In this document: in pieces, positions 17,829 to 27,785 of the stretch
Layout: every line of letters starts with the position of its first letter
Numbering within the stretch: the stretch's first letter is position 1
IMG/VR virus record: IMGVR_UViG_3300045988_181536
Location: 1-64,000 of that record
DNA from: a virus
DNA: 64,000 bases
Reading direction: 5' to 3' (one strand)
Program-made: the position numbers and the translations under genes
The notes under the pieces: generated by a model
Databases searched by the model: none
What the model saw: only the letters and a program-made list of their open reading frames with translations
What the model was told of the DNA's origin: nothing

Positions 17829-19682
17829 ATGGACAAGATACTTGATAGGAATAGCGTCATTGAAAGCGTTAAACAATTAATTCCTGCTATGCAACAGTCA
17901 TCGGATCCCGAGGGAGAACTGTTACGATTTGCAAGTGAAAGAAAAATGGCGCCTGAAATGCTTGGTGCTATTGCCAAAGCTATAAATACATTAAAGACAC
18001 AAAGTGTTTATGCGACCGCCAAAGAAGCTTCGGAACGGGGTCGTTCTTTTAGTACGATAGACACGGAAGCTTTGCTTGATAAATACGCCAAGCAATCTAT
18101 GCCGAATATTGTCAACATGTCGGATATCGTCAAAGATAATGACGATTACTTTACCGTGGAAGTGCAGGATATTAAAAAGGTAGCTGCCGATCATTCCGAT
18201 GATATTCAGGAAGGAAATATTTCCGAGTTATTTGAATCGGAATTTAAGCATATCCCAAGCGATGCAGATAAGGCTTTTATAGGTCAAACTGAAATCTTTT
18301 TTGATTCGGAAGTGGCAAATAAGTTTGCCAATAACAAAGAGGAACAATCTTATACTGAGCAGGATTATTTAGATCTTGCTGAGGAATTAGATTTTAATTT
18401 ATCCGGCATTGAACATAAGTTTGCTAAATTCTTTAACCCTTCAAATACCAAAAGGGATAAAGAATTTTATGAAATTGTTCAAGATACTAAAGATTTATAC
18501 AATATATATTCCGAAGATTTTGACAATGCAGCTGTCAAGTTAGCAAACGTTTTACATACAGTTTACGGTTTAGGTGAGTATGTATTACAAAACGACGATA
18601 ATACAAAACAAGTCTGGGGTGCACGCTTTAAAAGAGCCAGCCATTTAGCGCCGGATCATAATTATGATATTTCAGACGATTTATATGATTATTATACCAA
18701 TTGCTTAAATCTCAAAGTGGTAAATGAAGCCATATCGAGAGATTTTTATAAGTCTGCTGCCACAACTGATCCTGGTTCTGGTCCAAAATCTAAACCTACA
18801 CCTAAACCCAAAACTCTTTATGAGAAATGGCTGAATGATAATGGATATATAGACATCGATCAAGATACAGGGCAGATATACCTTGCAACTCCGGAGACTG
18901 GTGATCCTGATTGGGAAGAATTTGTACGTACAGTTCCATATGATGTATTAGAAGAATTATCAAAAAGTGCCGTGGTACCAGATGGTTATGTGAGTGAAAT
19001 TTTAGCTGCGAAAGAAAAAATTTTAAATCAAGAAACAAATGACGGTGCCAACGCTTCTGCAGGTAAAGATGACGAGTATACGCCTAATTTTATTTTAAAT
19101 GGCAAACCTATTAAATCTTATGACGATTCTAAGGAAAAAAAAGATGCTTTTAAAATAAAATATCCTGCAGTATTTAAGCCAAATGACCTGGTTAAGGCAA
19201 AAACTTCCATACCCCAAGACACTACAAGAGGTTCAGCTAAAGTTAATTGGTCAAATTTATCCCCCACAGGTTCTTCAGGAGGTATTAATGTTCCTCCAAT
19301 AGATCTGGCTGAAGCTGCTACAGTAGCTAAGGATATAAGTATGGCTCCTTATAAATTTCTTTATCAGTCTTTGAAAAATAGTAAACCTGTTGTGAATAAG
19401 ACTGAAGGAGCTTTGGTAGATGAAATTAATAAAGTTAAATCAGAAGAATTTTTTAATGATTTAATGACTACTGATCCTGTGTTGTCTAAATTAAATCATC
19501 ATCAACGCAGGGAACTGGCTGACATTTATCAAGCAGCTAAAGACTATTACCCTGATTTGGTAAGAAATAAGACTGTTTTAAAAACTTTCTTACGGCAGGG
19601 AGTCGAAACCGGAGGTATGGATTTAAATACTGTAAGCATCTTAAATAAGATGAAAGTAGACGGTAATAACAATAATAAGTAA
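17829..19682 (+). CDS. hypothetical large head-module protein (617 aa; portal-size candidate)
   Basis: Preceded by a 75-nt spacer. Acidic and helical in the N-terminal half. No diagnostic motif, so assigned by position and size only. Confidence 0.45.
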   Translation: MDKILDRNSVIESVKQLIPAMQQSSDPEGELLRFASERKMAPEMLGAIAKAINTLKTQSVYATAKEASERGRSFSTIDTEALLDKYAKQSMPNIVNMSDIVKDNDDYFTVEVQDIKKVAADHSDDIQEGNISELFESEFKHIPSDADKAFIGQTEIFFDSEVANKFANNKEEQSYTEQDYLDLAEELDFNLSGIEHKFAKFFNPSNTKRDKEFYEIVQDTKDLYNIYSEDFDNAAVKLANVLHTVYGLGEYVLQNDDNTKQVWGARFKRASHLAPDHNYDISDDLYDYYTNCLNLKVVNEAISRDFYKSAATTDPGSGPKSKPTPKPKTLYEKWLNDNGYIDIDQDTGQIYLATPETGDPDWEEFVRTVPYDVLEELSKSAVVPDGYVSEILAAKEKILNQETNDGANASAGKDDEYTPNFILNGKPIKSYDDSKEKKDAFKIKYPAVFKPNDLVKAKTSIPQDTTRGSAKVNWSNLSPTGSSGGINVPPIDLAEAATVAKDISMAPYKFLYQSLKNSKPVVNKTEGALVDEINKVKSEEFFNDLMTTDPVLSKLNHHQRRELADIYQAAKDYYPDLVRNKTVLKTFLRQGVETGGMDLNTVSILNKMKVDGNNNNK

Positions 19683-19685
19683 ATT

Positions 19686-20396
19686 ATGGCTAATTTTATT
19701 GACACTATTACGCAAAATCCTGAGTTAACAACCAATGTTAAGCAGGCTTTGGGAAGATATTTAATTCCTGCCTTAGTAGCAACTTTAGGCACAGGCGGAG
19801 TAGCAGCATATATAGCAGGTAGCAAAAAACGAGTAGGAGAAAGTCCTGCCGCAAGAAGGCGTAGAATTATTCGTGCAACTTTGCTTCCAACGCTTACAGC
19901 TGCACTAGGATCTGCTGGGTTAATTGGAGCCTCAATAATTGGCAAAACATCTCCTGAGTCCTATGTCGCAACAGGCAAGTTATTAGATAAAGGAAAAGAT
20001 ATAACTGGAGAAAAAGTCGAATCTTTAGTAAAAAATTTAAGCAGTCCGTCTTTATCTGAACAAATTTTCAATTGGGGAAATTTTTTTAAAGGTACAAGTA
20101 CTACATTAGGAGGTATGCTTGGATTGAAAGCTAAAGATAAGCTAGAAGATGCGCTCGTGAAAAACTTTAAGTATGAGTACCCTTTTGCAGAAGGTAGCAA
20201 ATTTTTAGAGAATGTACCTAAGATTTCTATATCAAAATCTCCAGCTACAGAAAAAATTGTAAATAGTATTCTTGGAAGAGCAGGCAAGACACTTAATTCT
20301 GCAGTAAAAAGGGCTCCATCTTTGGCCGCATTGGGTATCGGAGGAGCTGCAGGTTACAAAGCAGTGGATTGGGTTTCTGATCTATTTGGAGATTAA
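19686..20396 (+). CDS. hypothetical glycine-zipper membrane-associated protein
   Basis: TLGTGGVAAYIAGSKKR ... LGSAGLIGASIIGK ... AALGIGGAAGYKAV. Same family character as 548 and 1574. Confidence 0.45.
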   Translation: MANFIDTITQNPELTTNVKQALGRYLIPALVATLGTGGVAAYIAGSKKRVGESPAARRRRIIRATLLPTLTAALGSAGLIGASIIGKTSPESYVATGKLLDKGKDITGEKVESLVKNLSSPSLSEQIFNWGNFFKGTSTTLGGMLGLKAKDKLEDALVKNFKYEYPFAEGSKFLENVPKISISKSPATEKIVNSILGRAGKTLNSAVKRAPSLAALGIGGAAGYKAVDWVSDLFGD

Positions 20397-20399
20397 AAA

Positions 20400-22037
20400 A
20401 TGAAAAAACTAATTTATCCAGATTCTAATTCCGAGTTATTTTCCTCATTGGATGGAGTGATGGTATCCGTAATTAGAGATACTAATTTTTACTCTAATAT
20501 TAAAAAGGCTTCTTCAAGTGTCATATCAAGGCAGCTTTTAGAAGATTGTAAGCCGGATAAAGATCATTTTTTAATTCATATAACGGCTATTGGGGACGAT
20601 GAGACTTATGGTTTTAATAAAAACGCAGATGGTTTTCCAAAAAAAGCTAATGAAAAATATTATAAAACTTTTGAAACCAATGCGAATTTATTTAGAGAAC
20701 ATAATTCTTCTTCGCCTAAAAATCGCATAGGTATCATCAAGGCGGCTGCATATAATAAAGATATGCATCGCATTGAGGTCGTAGCATGGGCGAATATTAA
20801 GAAAGCTGCAGCTGAATATGAAGCAGCATTAGCAGGGAAGCCTTTAAGTTCAAGCATGGGCGCAAGCGTCCCTTGTGACAGGGACAATATTTCTGGCAAG
20901 CTTTCCAAGAACCCGTCCGAATATGAACCATGGATGAAAAGATTTCCTGGTAAGTATATAGAAGAATGGAATGGCAAACCGATAAATAAATGGGCTTATG
21001 TTCATAATGATACGCCAACTTTCTTTGATTTATCCATAGTGGCAAAACCTGCGGACCGCATTGCCGACTATTTGGAATACAGATTTAATGATGCAGTTAA
21101 AGACGGCATTTTAAAATCGGCATGTGAAAATGATGCTTGCGTACCTTCCGCATTATTGCCGGAAATGATGGGCTATGACTTATTAAAATTTGGTTCGGAT
21201 ATTATACGCACGAAGGGCGATTTAACTTCATATTTTGCAAGCGAAGATAAAGCTAAAATATTAGAGAAATTAGCCTCAATCGAAAAAGAATTTATAGATA
21301 TTAATTCTTCAAGTGATAAAGCAAACGATCCCAGGGTTGCATACATTAAAAACGCTAAATATGTAAACTTTGACAAAAGTTATACTTTATCTAAAGATGA
21401 TATATCGGAATTGAGGAATTTACGTCCTGAAACTTTATTTTTTGAACTGCAAAAGCGTGCCAGCGTGCTTTCATTTAAACCTTTTGTAGATTTAATTTTT
21501 GAAGGCAATCCTAAGTTTGCTTCGGAAGATCATAAGAATAAAATTGTTAAATATGCGGAAATAGCAATTGTTCCTACAGTATTTTCAGAAGTGAAAAATC
21601 TTATTGAAAGCGGAGATGTCTTACCTTGCGGAGATGGCGTGGATGAATTATTTGAAGCAGGTGATCCCATAGAAGCGATGTATGATCTAAATAATACTGA
21701 TCCTGTGCAAAAAATCATGGACGGAATTGAAGACCAGCTTTCTTATAAAGAGGAGAAAAAGCAACCGAGAATAATTCAAATTACAATAACTCAACATGTT
21801 CCTGATGAAAATATTCAAAAAGAAGATTGCGGAAAGTTTTTTAAAATTAAAACGGCATCGTTTAATCCAAATATAGAGCTTTCAAAAGATGATTTAACAG
21901 TTGCCAAGCAATTAGCATTTACGTATGCATTTTATAAAGTTGCGGCTTTGCATGATATGGCTACATATCATTTTAAAAATAATTTACCGGAGAGTGTTTA
22001 TGTAGACGCAATATCGCAGAATTGTCTTGCGATTTAG
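20400..22037 (+). CDS. hypothetical head-module protein (545 aa)
   Basis: SD ggag lies 9 nt upstream. The position between the portal-size gene and the acidic scaffold-like gene is compatible with a prohead protease or core protein, but no catalytic motif was recognised. Confidence 0.45.
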   Translation: MKKLIYPDSNSELFSSLDGVMVSVIRDTNFYSNIKKASSSVISRQLLEDCKPDKDHFLIHITAIGDDETYGFNKNADGFPKKANEKYYKTFETNANLFREHNSSSPKNRIGIIKAAAYNKDMHRIEVVAWANIKKAAAEYEAALAGKPLSSSMGASVPCDRDNISGKLSKNPSEYEPWMKRFPGKYIEEWNGKPINKWAYVHNDTPTFFDLSIVAKPADRIADYLEYRFNDAVKDGILKSACENDACVPSALLPEMMGYDLLKFGSDIIRTKGDLTSYFASEDKAKILEKLASIEKEFIDINSSSDKANDPRVAYIKNAKYVNFDKSYTLSKDDISELRNLRPETLFFELQKRASVLSFKPFVDLIFEGNPKFASEDHKNKIVKYAEIAIVPTVFSEVKNLIESGDVLPCGDGVDELFEAGDPIEAMYDLNNTDPVQKIMDGIEDQLSYKEEKKQPRIIQITITQHVPDENIQKEDCGKFFKIKTASFNPNIELSKDDLTVAKQLAFTYAFYKVAALHDMATYHFKNNLPESVYVDAISQNCLAI

Positions 22038-22119
22038 CGATTAAATATAAACAATTAAACAAGTTTTATTTTTCTTTTTAATTAAACTTAAAGATTAACA
22101 ATCAAATTAGAATAAACTC

Positions 22120-23649
22120 ATGAGACAAAATTCTATTAAGAGAGAAAATCTCAAAGCACTAATGGACAAGCTTAACCAGGCTTCTAAATTTGCTTCCGAA
22201 TCTAATGAACCAAAAGATCCGGATGAAACTCAGCCTCAAGAACCTTGCCCGAAATCTACAGTTGAGCCTACCGGCGGAGTTAATCCAAAGGAACAACTGG
22301 AGCCAAAGGAAACTAACGCCGCTCAGCCTGCGGAAGTAAAACCGGAAAATGGCGGCACAGGTTTAGAGGAGGAAGAAAAGAACGTAGTTGCAAAGGCGGC
22401 TAATGTGACTAAGAAACTTTTAGATTTTGCAAAGGTTCAACCTAAACAGTCGCAGCCTGCTGAAAAAACTGCGGCTTCTTCCGAAGACGATTTAGTTAAG
22501 AATATAGTTATGAGCTATGACATTATGTCCAAGGTTGCTCATGTACTTACGGAAACTGAGGAAGGACGCATTGCCTTGCAGCATGCCATTGATTCTGAGA
22601 AGGGCAAGCAAATGCAGTTGGCTACGCTTAATGAAATAAAATACGCTTCCGAACAAGTACAGGCTTTAGAAGAACTGAAATTCGCTGCACAGCGTGAAGC
22701 TGAAATGGTTAAGCATGCAAGTTTAGGCATCCTTTCCGCAATACGCAAGCTTCCCGAAAAGGAACAGAAGAAACAATTTAAGATTGCATCAAAGTACCTG
22801 CGTGCGCAAGAAATCCATCGTCAAAATATGGAACAGTTTGGGGATAATGAAGCTCTGAAATACGCTTATGCTCAAGGTGCTGCGGATGCTCAAGCCATTA
22901 ATGATACAGCTGCAGTCGAAGGTGCTGATCCTACCGTGGAAGGTCTTGATGCTTTTGGTACGGCACTTGATGAAATGATTGCCAGTAATGAAATAACGCC
23001 CGAACAAGCACAGATGTTAGCACAAATGGCTGTTCAAGCTGCTCAAACTGACAATAACGAGGAGCTTTCACCTGAAGAAGCGCAAATGTTCCTTGAACAG
23101 GCTATTCAGCAAGGACTGGTTGATCCCAAAGTTGCCGAAGCTATTATGCTTAGCATAATGGGTGGCGAAGGCGGAGCACCTGCCCCTGAAGTTCCGGCTG
23201 CTGCTCCAGTTGCTCCAGCTGCCGTAGCTACACCTACAGACACAGCAGTTGCAGATCAAACAGTTGCTGAACCCGTTGAAAAACAGGCTTCTGAGAAGGT
23301 GCGTTCTGTAGCGGAAAAATACATCAAACTTGCTTATGCTACTAAAGTAGCTGAGGAAGGTTCTGCTGAGGTCATGCTATCACCTGCCGATGTAGCTGCT
23401 GAAATTGATTTAGCTGTTACTGCGGGCGAACTGGATCCGGATCTTGCTGAAAAGATCAAGGCTGTAATTGAAACGGCTGCTGCAGAAAACAGCGCTGATG
23501 TTCCTTGTCAAGAAAAAGAAGTTCAAGTAATTGAAAATAAGGACGACGACAAGGAAGATGATGACGATGACGAAGACGATGATGATGATTTTGATGAAAA
23601 AGAAATCATTGAAGAGTCTATCAAAGAAGCTTCGGAAATTGTAAAGTAA
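22120..23649 (+). CDS. acidic low-complexity protein (scaffold-like or internal head protein candidate)
   Basis: 509 aa. ASKFASE near the N-terminus. PA-rich APAPEVPAAAPVAPAAVATP. C-terminal poly-acidic DDDKEDDDDDEDDDDDFDEKE, with GAY codon repeats around 23530..23600. Confidence 0.45.
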   Translation: MRQNSIKRENLKALMDKLNQASKFASESNEPKDPDETQPQEPCPKSTVEPTGGVNPKEQLEPKETNAAQPAEVKPENGGTGLEEEEKNVVAKAANVTKKLLDFAKVQPKQSQPAEKTAASSEDDLVKNIVMSYDIMSKVAHVLTETEEGRIALQHAIDSEKGKQMQLATLNEIKYASEQVQALEELKFAAQREAEMVKHASLGILSAIRKLPEKEQKKQFKIASKYLRAQEIHRQNMEQFGDNEALKYAYAQGAADAQAINDTAAVEGADPTVEGLDAFGTALDEMIASNEITPEQAQMLAQMAVQAAQTDNNEELSPEEAQMFLEQAIQQGLVDPKVAEAIMLSIMGGEGGAPAPEVPAAAPVAPAAVATPTDTAVADQTVAEPVEKQASEKVRSVAEKYIKLAYATKVAEEGSAEVMLSPADVAAEIDLAVTAGELDPDLAEKIKAVIETAAAENSADVPCQEKEVQVIENKDDDKEDDDDDEDDDDDFDEKEIIEESIKEASEIVK

Positions 23650-23837
23650 GTTTAAATAGAGGACTAACTATTTTAAAACAGTCATCGTCCGGAACAGACG
23701 ATTACAGACATGGAGCTAAAATAAGACTTAATAAATCTAATAATGATTTAAAAAGCATAAGCAATGAAGTGTCTAAAAAGATAGATCATAACGATCTTGA
23801 AGCCATCAGATTTTCAGTCTAATGGTAGTTCACAAAA

Positions 23838-23877
23838 AAATGTGCAAGATATTTAATATTTATCTTGCACATTTTTA
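23838..23877 (+). terminator. rho-independent terminator (aaatgtgcaagat ... atcttgcacattt + ttaaaaaatt)
   Basis: 13-bp perfect stem with 11-nt loop, lying inside a 266-nt non-coding spacer. Confidence 0.45.
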
Positions 23878-23915
23878 AAAAATTAGGTTAATATAAATAC
23901 ATAATTAAAAATTCA

Positions 23916-24416
23916 ATGGACGACATTATCCAAAATAGCAACATTTCTGAATTAACCAAGCTTGCCAGTGAAGCTCAGTCTGCTGTTGTTGATGCTATGA
24001 AACTTGTAGCGACACAAAAGGCTAAAATTCTGGAACTAGAAGAAACAATTAAAAAAGCTAGTGCGGAAAACTTAGATTTAAAATCTCAAATTAATGAGCT
24101 TAATAATTTAAGGAAGCAAGCAAGTCTTGATGTCGATGAAACTTTATTAACGGAAATTGTTAATAAGTTAGCAAAAGCTAACGTAGTTGACGTGGACGAT
24201 GTTGATTCTAACATTGCTGCTTTACGCGCAAATCCTAAGCTTGCGTTTACTGTTTTAAATCAAGTAGCGGATATGCTTCCAACGGAGGATGTTTTAACGA
24301 ACGGTTCTTTCGTTGCTTCTACCAAAACTGCGTCCATTGATACGACAAAGCATTCCAATATTCCCGCTGCAGTGCTAGAGGAAATAGCGGAATTTGAAAG
24401 ACAAAATTTTAGTTAA
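23916..24416 (+). CDS. coiled-coil protein (scaffolding-protein candidate)
   Basis: 166 aa. Heptad-rich KAKILELEETIKKASAENLDLKSQINELNNLRKQ. Immediately upstream of the capsid genes. Confidence 0.4.
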   Translation: MDDIIQNSNISELTKLASEAQSAVVDAMKLVATQKAKILELEETIKKASAENLDLKSQINELNNLRKQASLDVDETLLTEIVNKLAKANVVDVDDVDSNIAALRANPKLAFTVLNQVADMLPTEDVLTNGSFVASTKTASIDTTKHSNIPAAVLEEIAEFERQNFS

Positions 24417-24439
24417 TACTAACACAAGGAATATAAAAT

Positions 24440-25186
24440 ATGGCTGGTAATATCGGCTTCTATAAGCGCACTACGCGCAAGTTAAATGTAAACACCGGCA
24501 GCCGTCTTACAGACGTAAGTAAGCTGACCCGTGCTTTACCAAATGCAGAGGGTGTTTCATATTATAGTGGACAGCCTCTTTGGGTGACTTCGGCTGCTCA
24601 TATGGTTATTGACAATGCTACGGGCACGCCTACTGACACTCAGGTAAATTATACAACTGCACCTGTAGCTCCTGCTAGCTCTGCTAAAGGCACTCTGGTT
24701 GTTGCTGATGGCGGAACTCTGGTTGATGCTGAATGGCGCTGGACTACCACTCCTGTAGCGGGTACTCCTGTGTACTTTGCATTCCAGGATTCCGATGAAT
24801 GGGATGGCTCTGGCAAGAATATGGCGGTTTCCACACTGGATAAATTTGAGCTGCAAACTCCGTTCTATGATGTTACAAAGGTTTATACTTCTGGTATGCC
24901 TTTAACAGTTAAAACAGCTGCAGGTACACAGCCTGTTGGTAATGCTCCAAGAAATGGAGGCACTTATGTTGTTGCTCCTGCTGGGGATGACGAGGACATT
25001 ATCGGTTATGTAACTGCTGGTGTTGTTAATGTTTCTGGCGATAGCTGGCAAAACCCTGTAAAGGTTTCGAATGATCGTGGCTTTGAAGCGATTATTGGTG
25101 GACCTGTGGTTTGGACGGAATCATCTGACACTCGAACCGTTCTTCAGTTTGAGACTGCGTGGAATCATAAGCCATCGGGAGCATAG
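24440..25186 (+). CDS. putative capsid-associated (decoration/head fibre) protein, highly expressed
   Basis: SD aagga. Beta-rich, Thr/Val/Gly-rich. Shares the GC-rich, C-ending codon usage of the adjacent capsid gene. Confidence 0.4.
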   Translation: MAGNIGFYKRTTRKLNVNTGSRLTDVSKLTRALPNAEGVSYYSGQPLWVTSAAHMVIDNATGTPTDTQVNYTTAPVAPASSAKGTLVVADGGTLVDAEWRWTTTPVAGTPVYFAFQDSDEWDGSGKNMAVSTLDKFELQTPFYDVTKVYTSGMPLTVKTAAGTQPVGNAPRNGGTYVVAPAGDDEDIIGYVTAGVVNVSGDSWQNPVKVSNDRGFEAIIGGPVVWTESSDTRTVLQFETAWNHKPSGA

Positions 25187-25217
25187 TTAAACAATCAGAT
25201 AAAAGGATTTAGATTAT

Positions 25218-26249
25218 ATGGACGACTATAAGAATATAGAGTTAAGTTTAAATGGAGTATCCGGAGACGCTTTAAATGACAGGCTTGCTCAAGAGCTTGG
25301 CAGCTGCTCGGAAGGCACTATAAAGATGGCTTCTTCAGCCGGTACTTCGTTCATCCGTAAACAGGTTTTTGAAAAGGGTTGGACCCGTCAGATTTGCCAT
25401 TTTGAAGTTCTTAATGGTTCTGGTGACAAACGTCTTGTCCCAATGTTCAATACCGACTATCCGGTTGCGATGTTCTACATAGAGCCTACAAACTATCCTG
25501 CTGCTGTGCTTCCCTTTGACCAAGGCACGCACACTCAGTACTATAGGGCAGACAAGGCTCCGATGACCTTCTTCAAGATTGCTACACCTGAGTTCCAAAA
25601 GAATCGTGTAACGCTTGATACTTATCCGTTTGATCTTCGTAAGGTTATAATGGATACCGGTCTGAAGAACATGGTTAAGACCGAAGACCTCGTTTGGTAC
25701 AACCTCTCCGACAGTGTTGCCGCTCAGAACAATGGCACATATACGTTTGCTGGCGGTATGGAGCCGTTAGTGATGAATGAAATCACTAATATCTTCACCA
25801 AGCACAGCCTGAATCATGGTGTTAACCTTATCAACAAGGTTACCTTCAGCGCTCTTGTCAACGGTCAGAAGAACAACTTCCAACAGTTCGGCGTTGATCT
25901 TACCAGCAAGGTTTTCGAAGAAGGCGCTAAAGCGTTCGACGGTAAGAATGTTTACGGTATGAAGTGGATCTCCACCTTCAAGACCGACATTGTTCCTGAC
26001 AACGTTATAATGGCCTACACTGAAGAAGACTACCTCGGTAAGTGTGCAGAGCTGTACAAGCCGGTGATGTACGTAAAGCGTGAAAAGGATCGGATATCCT
26101 GCTGCGCTGAGGAAGTTATAGGTATGCTTATTGCCAATACTTCCGGCGTTGCAAAGATTGTGCTGTACAGCGCCCAAGCCACAATGAATGCCTACCCGCA
26201 GATCAGGCCTTATCTCTCGGTTGCTGGAGGTACTAAGACTGGGGGCTAA
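25218..26249 (+). CDS. putative major capsid protein (HK97-fold size class)
   Basis: 343 aa. SD aaagga. Locally about 45-48% GC with C-ending codons in a mid-30s% GC genome, as expected of the most highly expressed gene. A strong terminator follows. Lies upstream of the sheath and tube genes. Confidence 0.45.
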   Translation: MDDYKNIELSLNGVSGDALNDRLAQELGSCSEGTIKMASSAGTSFIRKQVFEKGWTRQICHFEVLNGSGDKRLVPMFNTDYPVAMFYIEPTNYPAAVLPFDQGTHTQYYRADKAPMTFFKIATPEFQKNRVTLDTYPFDLRKVIMDTGLKNMVKTEDLVWYNLSDSVAAQNNGTYTFAGGMEPLVMNEITNIFTKHSLNHGVNLINKVTFSALVNGQKNNFQQFGVDLTSKVFEEGAKAFDGKNVYGMKWISTFKTDIVPDNVIMAYTEEDYLGKCAELYKPVMYVKREKDRISCCAEEVIGMLIANTSGVAKIVLYSAQATMNAYPQIRPYLSVAGGTKTGG

Positions 26250-26278
26250 TCGCTACCGTTACAACGTTCTTTAAACTT

Positions 26279-26317
26279 AAATCCCTGCAAGATAATTCTT
26301 GCGGGGATTTATTTTTT
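26279..26317 (+). terminator. rho-independent terminator after the capsid gene (aaatccctgcaag ataattc ttgcggggattt + attttttat)
   Basis: 12-13 bp stem with one G-U pair, then a T7 run. The track's TTG-start ORF at 26299 begins inside the right arm. Confidence 0.6.
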
Positions 26318-26334
26318 ATGCATTATTAGAAATA

Positions 26335-26844
26335 ATGTCTAACTCTACTGAAAATAATTCACCCAATTGCCCTTGTTCTCCCTGCAGTAAAACTGACGGG
26401 ATAACAACTCCTCCTATTCCATTTACAAATGAAGTTCAGCTGGAAGATATACGACTGATGCTGGCTGACGCAGAACCTACGGATACTGCAATTACAACAG
26501 ATGATTTTTGGTTTTCGGATTTTGATTTAATGGATGCAATGCGTCGTGCTGTAGAAGCTTTTAATGCTTATCCTCCACAGACTATAAAGGTTGATTATAG
26601 AACTATGGGCACATCTTATATGTTTAAGGTAGGCGCTTGTTGGCAAGCATTATTAAGCAAACGCCTTTGGCTTGAACGCAAATATATTAAGTCAAGTGCA
26701 GGCGGAGTGCAGACTGATATATATCAACCTTTAATTGAATTTTCTAAGAATGCTGCAAATGAATTTAAAATTGAATTTATTGAAATGGTAAAAAATTATA
26801 AACGTGCAGCTAATGTTTCAAGAGCTTGGGGAGCTATAGGCTGA
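26335..26844 (+). CDS. hypothetical protein (head completion/connector candidate)
   Basis: I chose the ATG at 26335 (MSNSTENN) instead of the TTG at 26299, which sits in the terminator stem. Contains CPCSPCS. Confidence 0.4.
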   Translation: MSNSTENNSPNCPCSPCSKTDGITTPPIPFTNEVQLEDIRLMLADAEPTDTAITTDDFWFSDFDLMDAMRRAVEAFNAYPPQTIKVDYRTMGTSYMFKVGACWQALLSKRLWLERKYIKSSAGGVQTDIYQPLIEFSKNAANEFKIEFIEMVKNYKRAANVSRAWGAIG

Positions 26845-26847
26845 TCT

Positions 26848-27783
26848 ATGTCATGCAAGTGTGCATTTAAATCTGTGCAAGTTTTGCCAGCTTACGGTAA
26901 AAATATTTGTCGTATTGTTTGGGCTTTATGCGCAGAATACTATGACTTTACAAAATTTGGAATTAATGTTTATAAGTCAAGGGACGGTTATACCGATTGG
27001 TTTAAATTAACGGAGGTTGCAGTCGATCCGGAAACAGGTATGATTACCGATATATCTTCGGGTCAGCCTGTATATTTAAATAGAGATAAGGGAAGCGCTG
27101 TAGTAAACATAAATAATTCCCGTACATCTGTTGATATAAATTTTAAAAATCGAAATCAGACTTTTAATTGGCATTATAAATGCGCTTTATATGATAAATC
27201 TAAGGGCCAAGAAATTGATACATCTCCGCCTGTAGGGATTTACAATACTTTGACATCTGAACAATTTGCATCTTTAAGACAGATGATAAAATCAGATTTA
27301 TTATCTACGGATTATAATGACTTTTATATATGCAGGCCTAAAGGTAATAGAGGAAGAGTGATAAATCCAAACGAGGAAGACATATCCTTAAATATTGATA
27401 TTTTAGGTGGGGATCAATTAGGATTAATAACGGATGATGTGTCTTTGGGAAAATTATATGAAGGCGGATATAGCAATCCCATTAAAACCAAATTGGTTAT
27501 TAACAGTGTAAAGCATGAGCACATTGATGACCAGAATGGCCAAGGGACATTGGATCCTGTAACTGTGAGTATAACGGGAATTTATTATCCGAAATTAATC
27601 GTTGGAGATTTAATTGTGAATAAAACAACCGACGATAGATATTTATTTGAAGGATATACTGAAGAATTTTATTTTATGGGAAAAGTGCCTTATAAATTTA
27701 ATGGGGTAATGCGCCTTGTTCCCAGAAATCAACCGGAATATAAATTTGATATTTCCAATATTAAACCTTGTTTAGACCAGTAA
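26848..27783 (+). CDS. hypothetical structural protein
   Basis: 311-aa ORF between the capsid and sheath genes. Confidence 0.4.
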   Translation: MSCKCAFKSVQVLPAYGKNICRIVWALCAEYYDFTKFGINVYKSRDGYTDWFKLTEVAVDPETGMITDISSGQPVYLNRDKGSAVVNINNSRTSVDINFKNRNQTFNWHYKCALYDKSKGQEIDTSPPVGIYNTLTSEQFASLRQMIKSDLLSTDYNDFYICRPKGNRGRVINPNEEDISLNIDILGGDQLGLITDDVSLGKLYEGGYSNPIKTKLVINSVKHEHIDDQNGQGTLDPVTVSITGIYYPKLIVGDLIVNKTTDDRYLFEGYTEEFYFMGKVPYKFNGVMRLVPRNQPEYKFDISNIKPCLDQ

Positions 27784-27785
27784 TT

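Noticed and set aside
26299-26334. TTG start for the gene after the capsid gene
   Set aside because: The TTG lies inside the right arm of the terminator hairpin. The ATG at 26335 gives a cleaner start (MSNSTENN).
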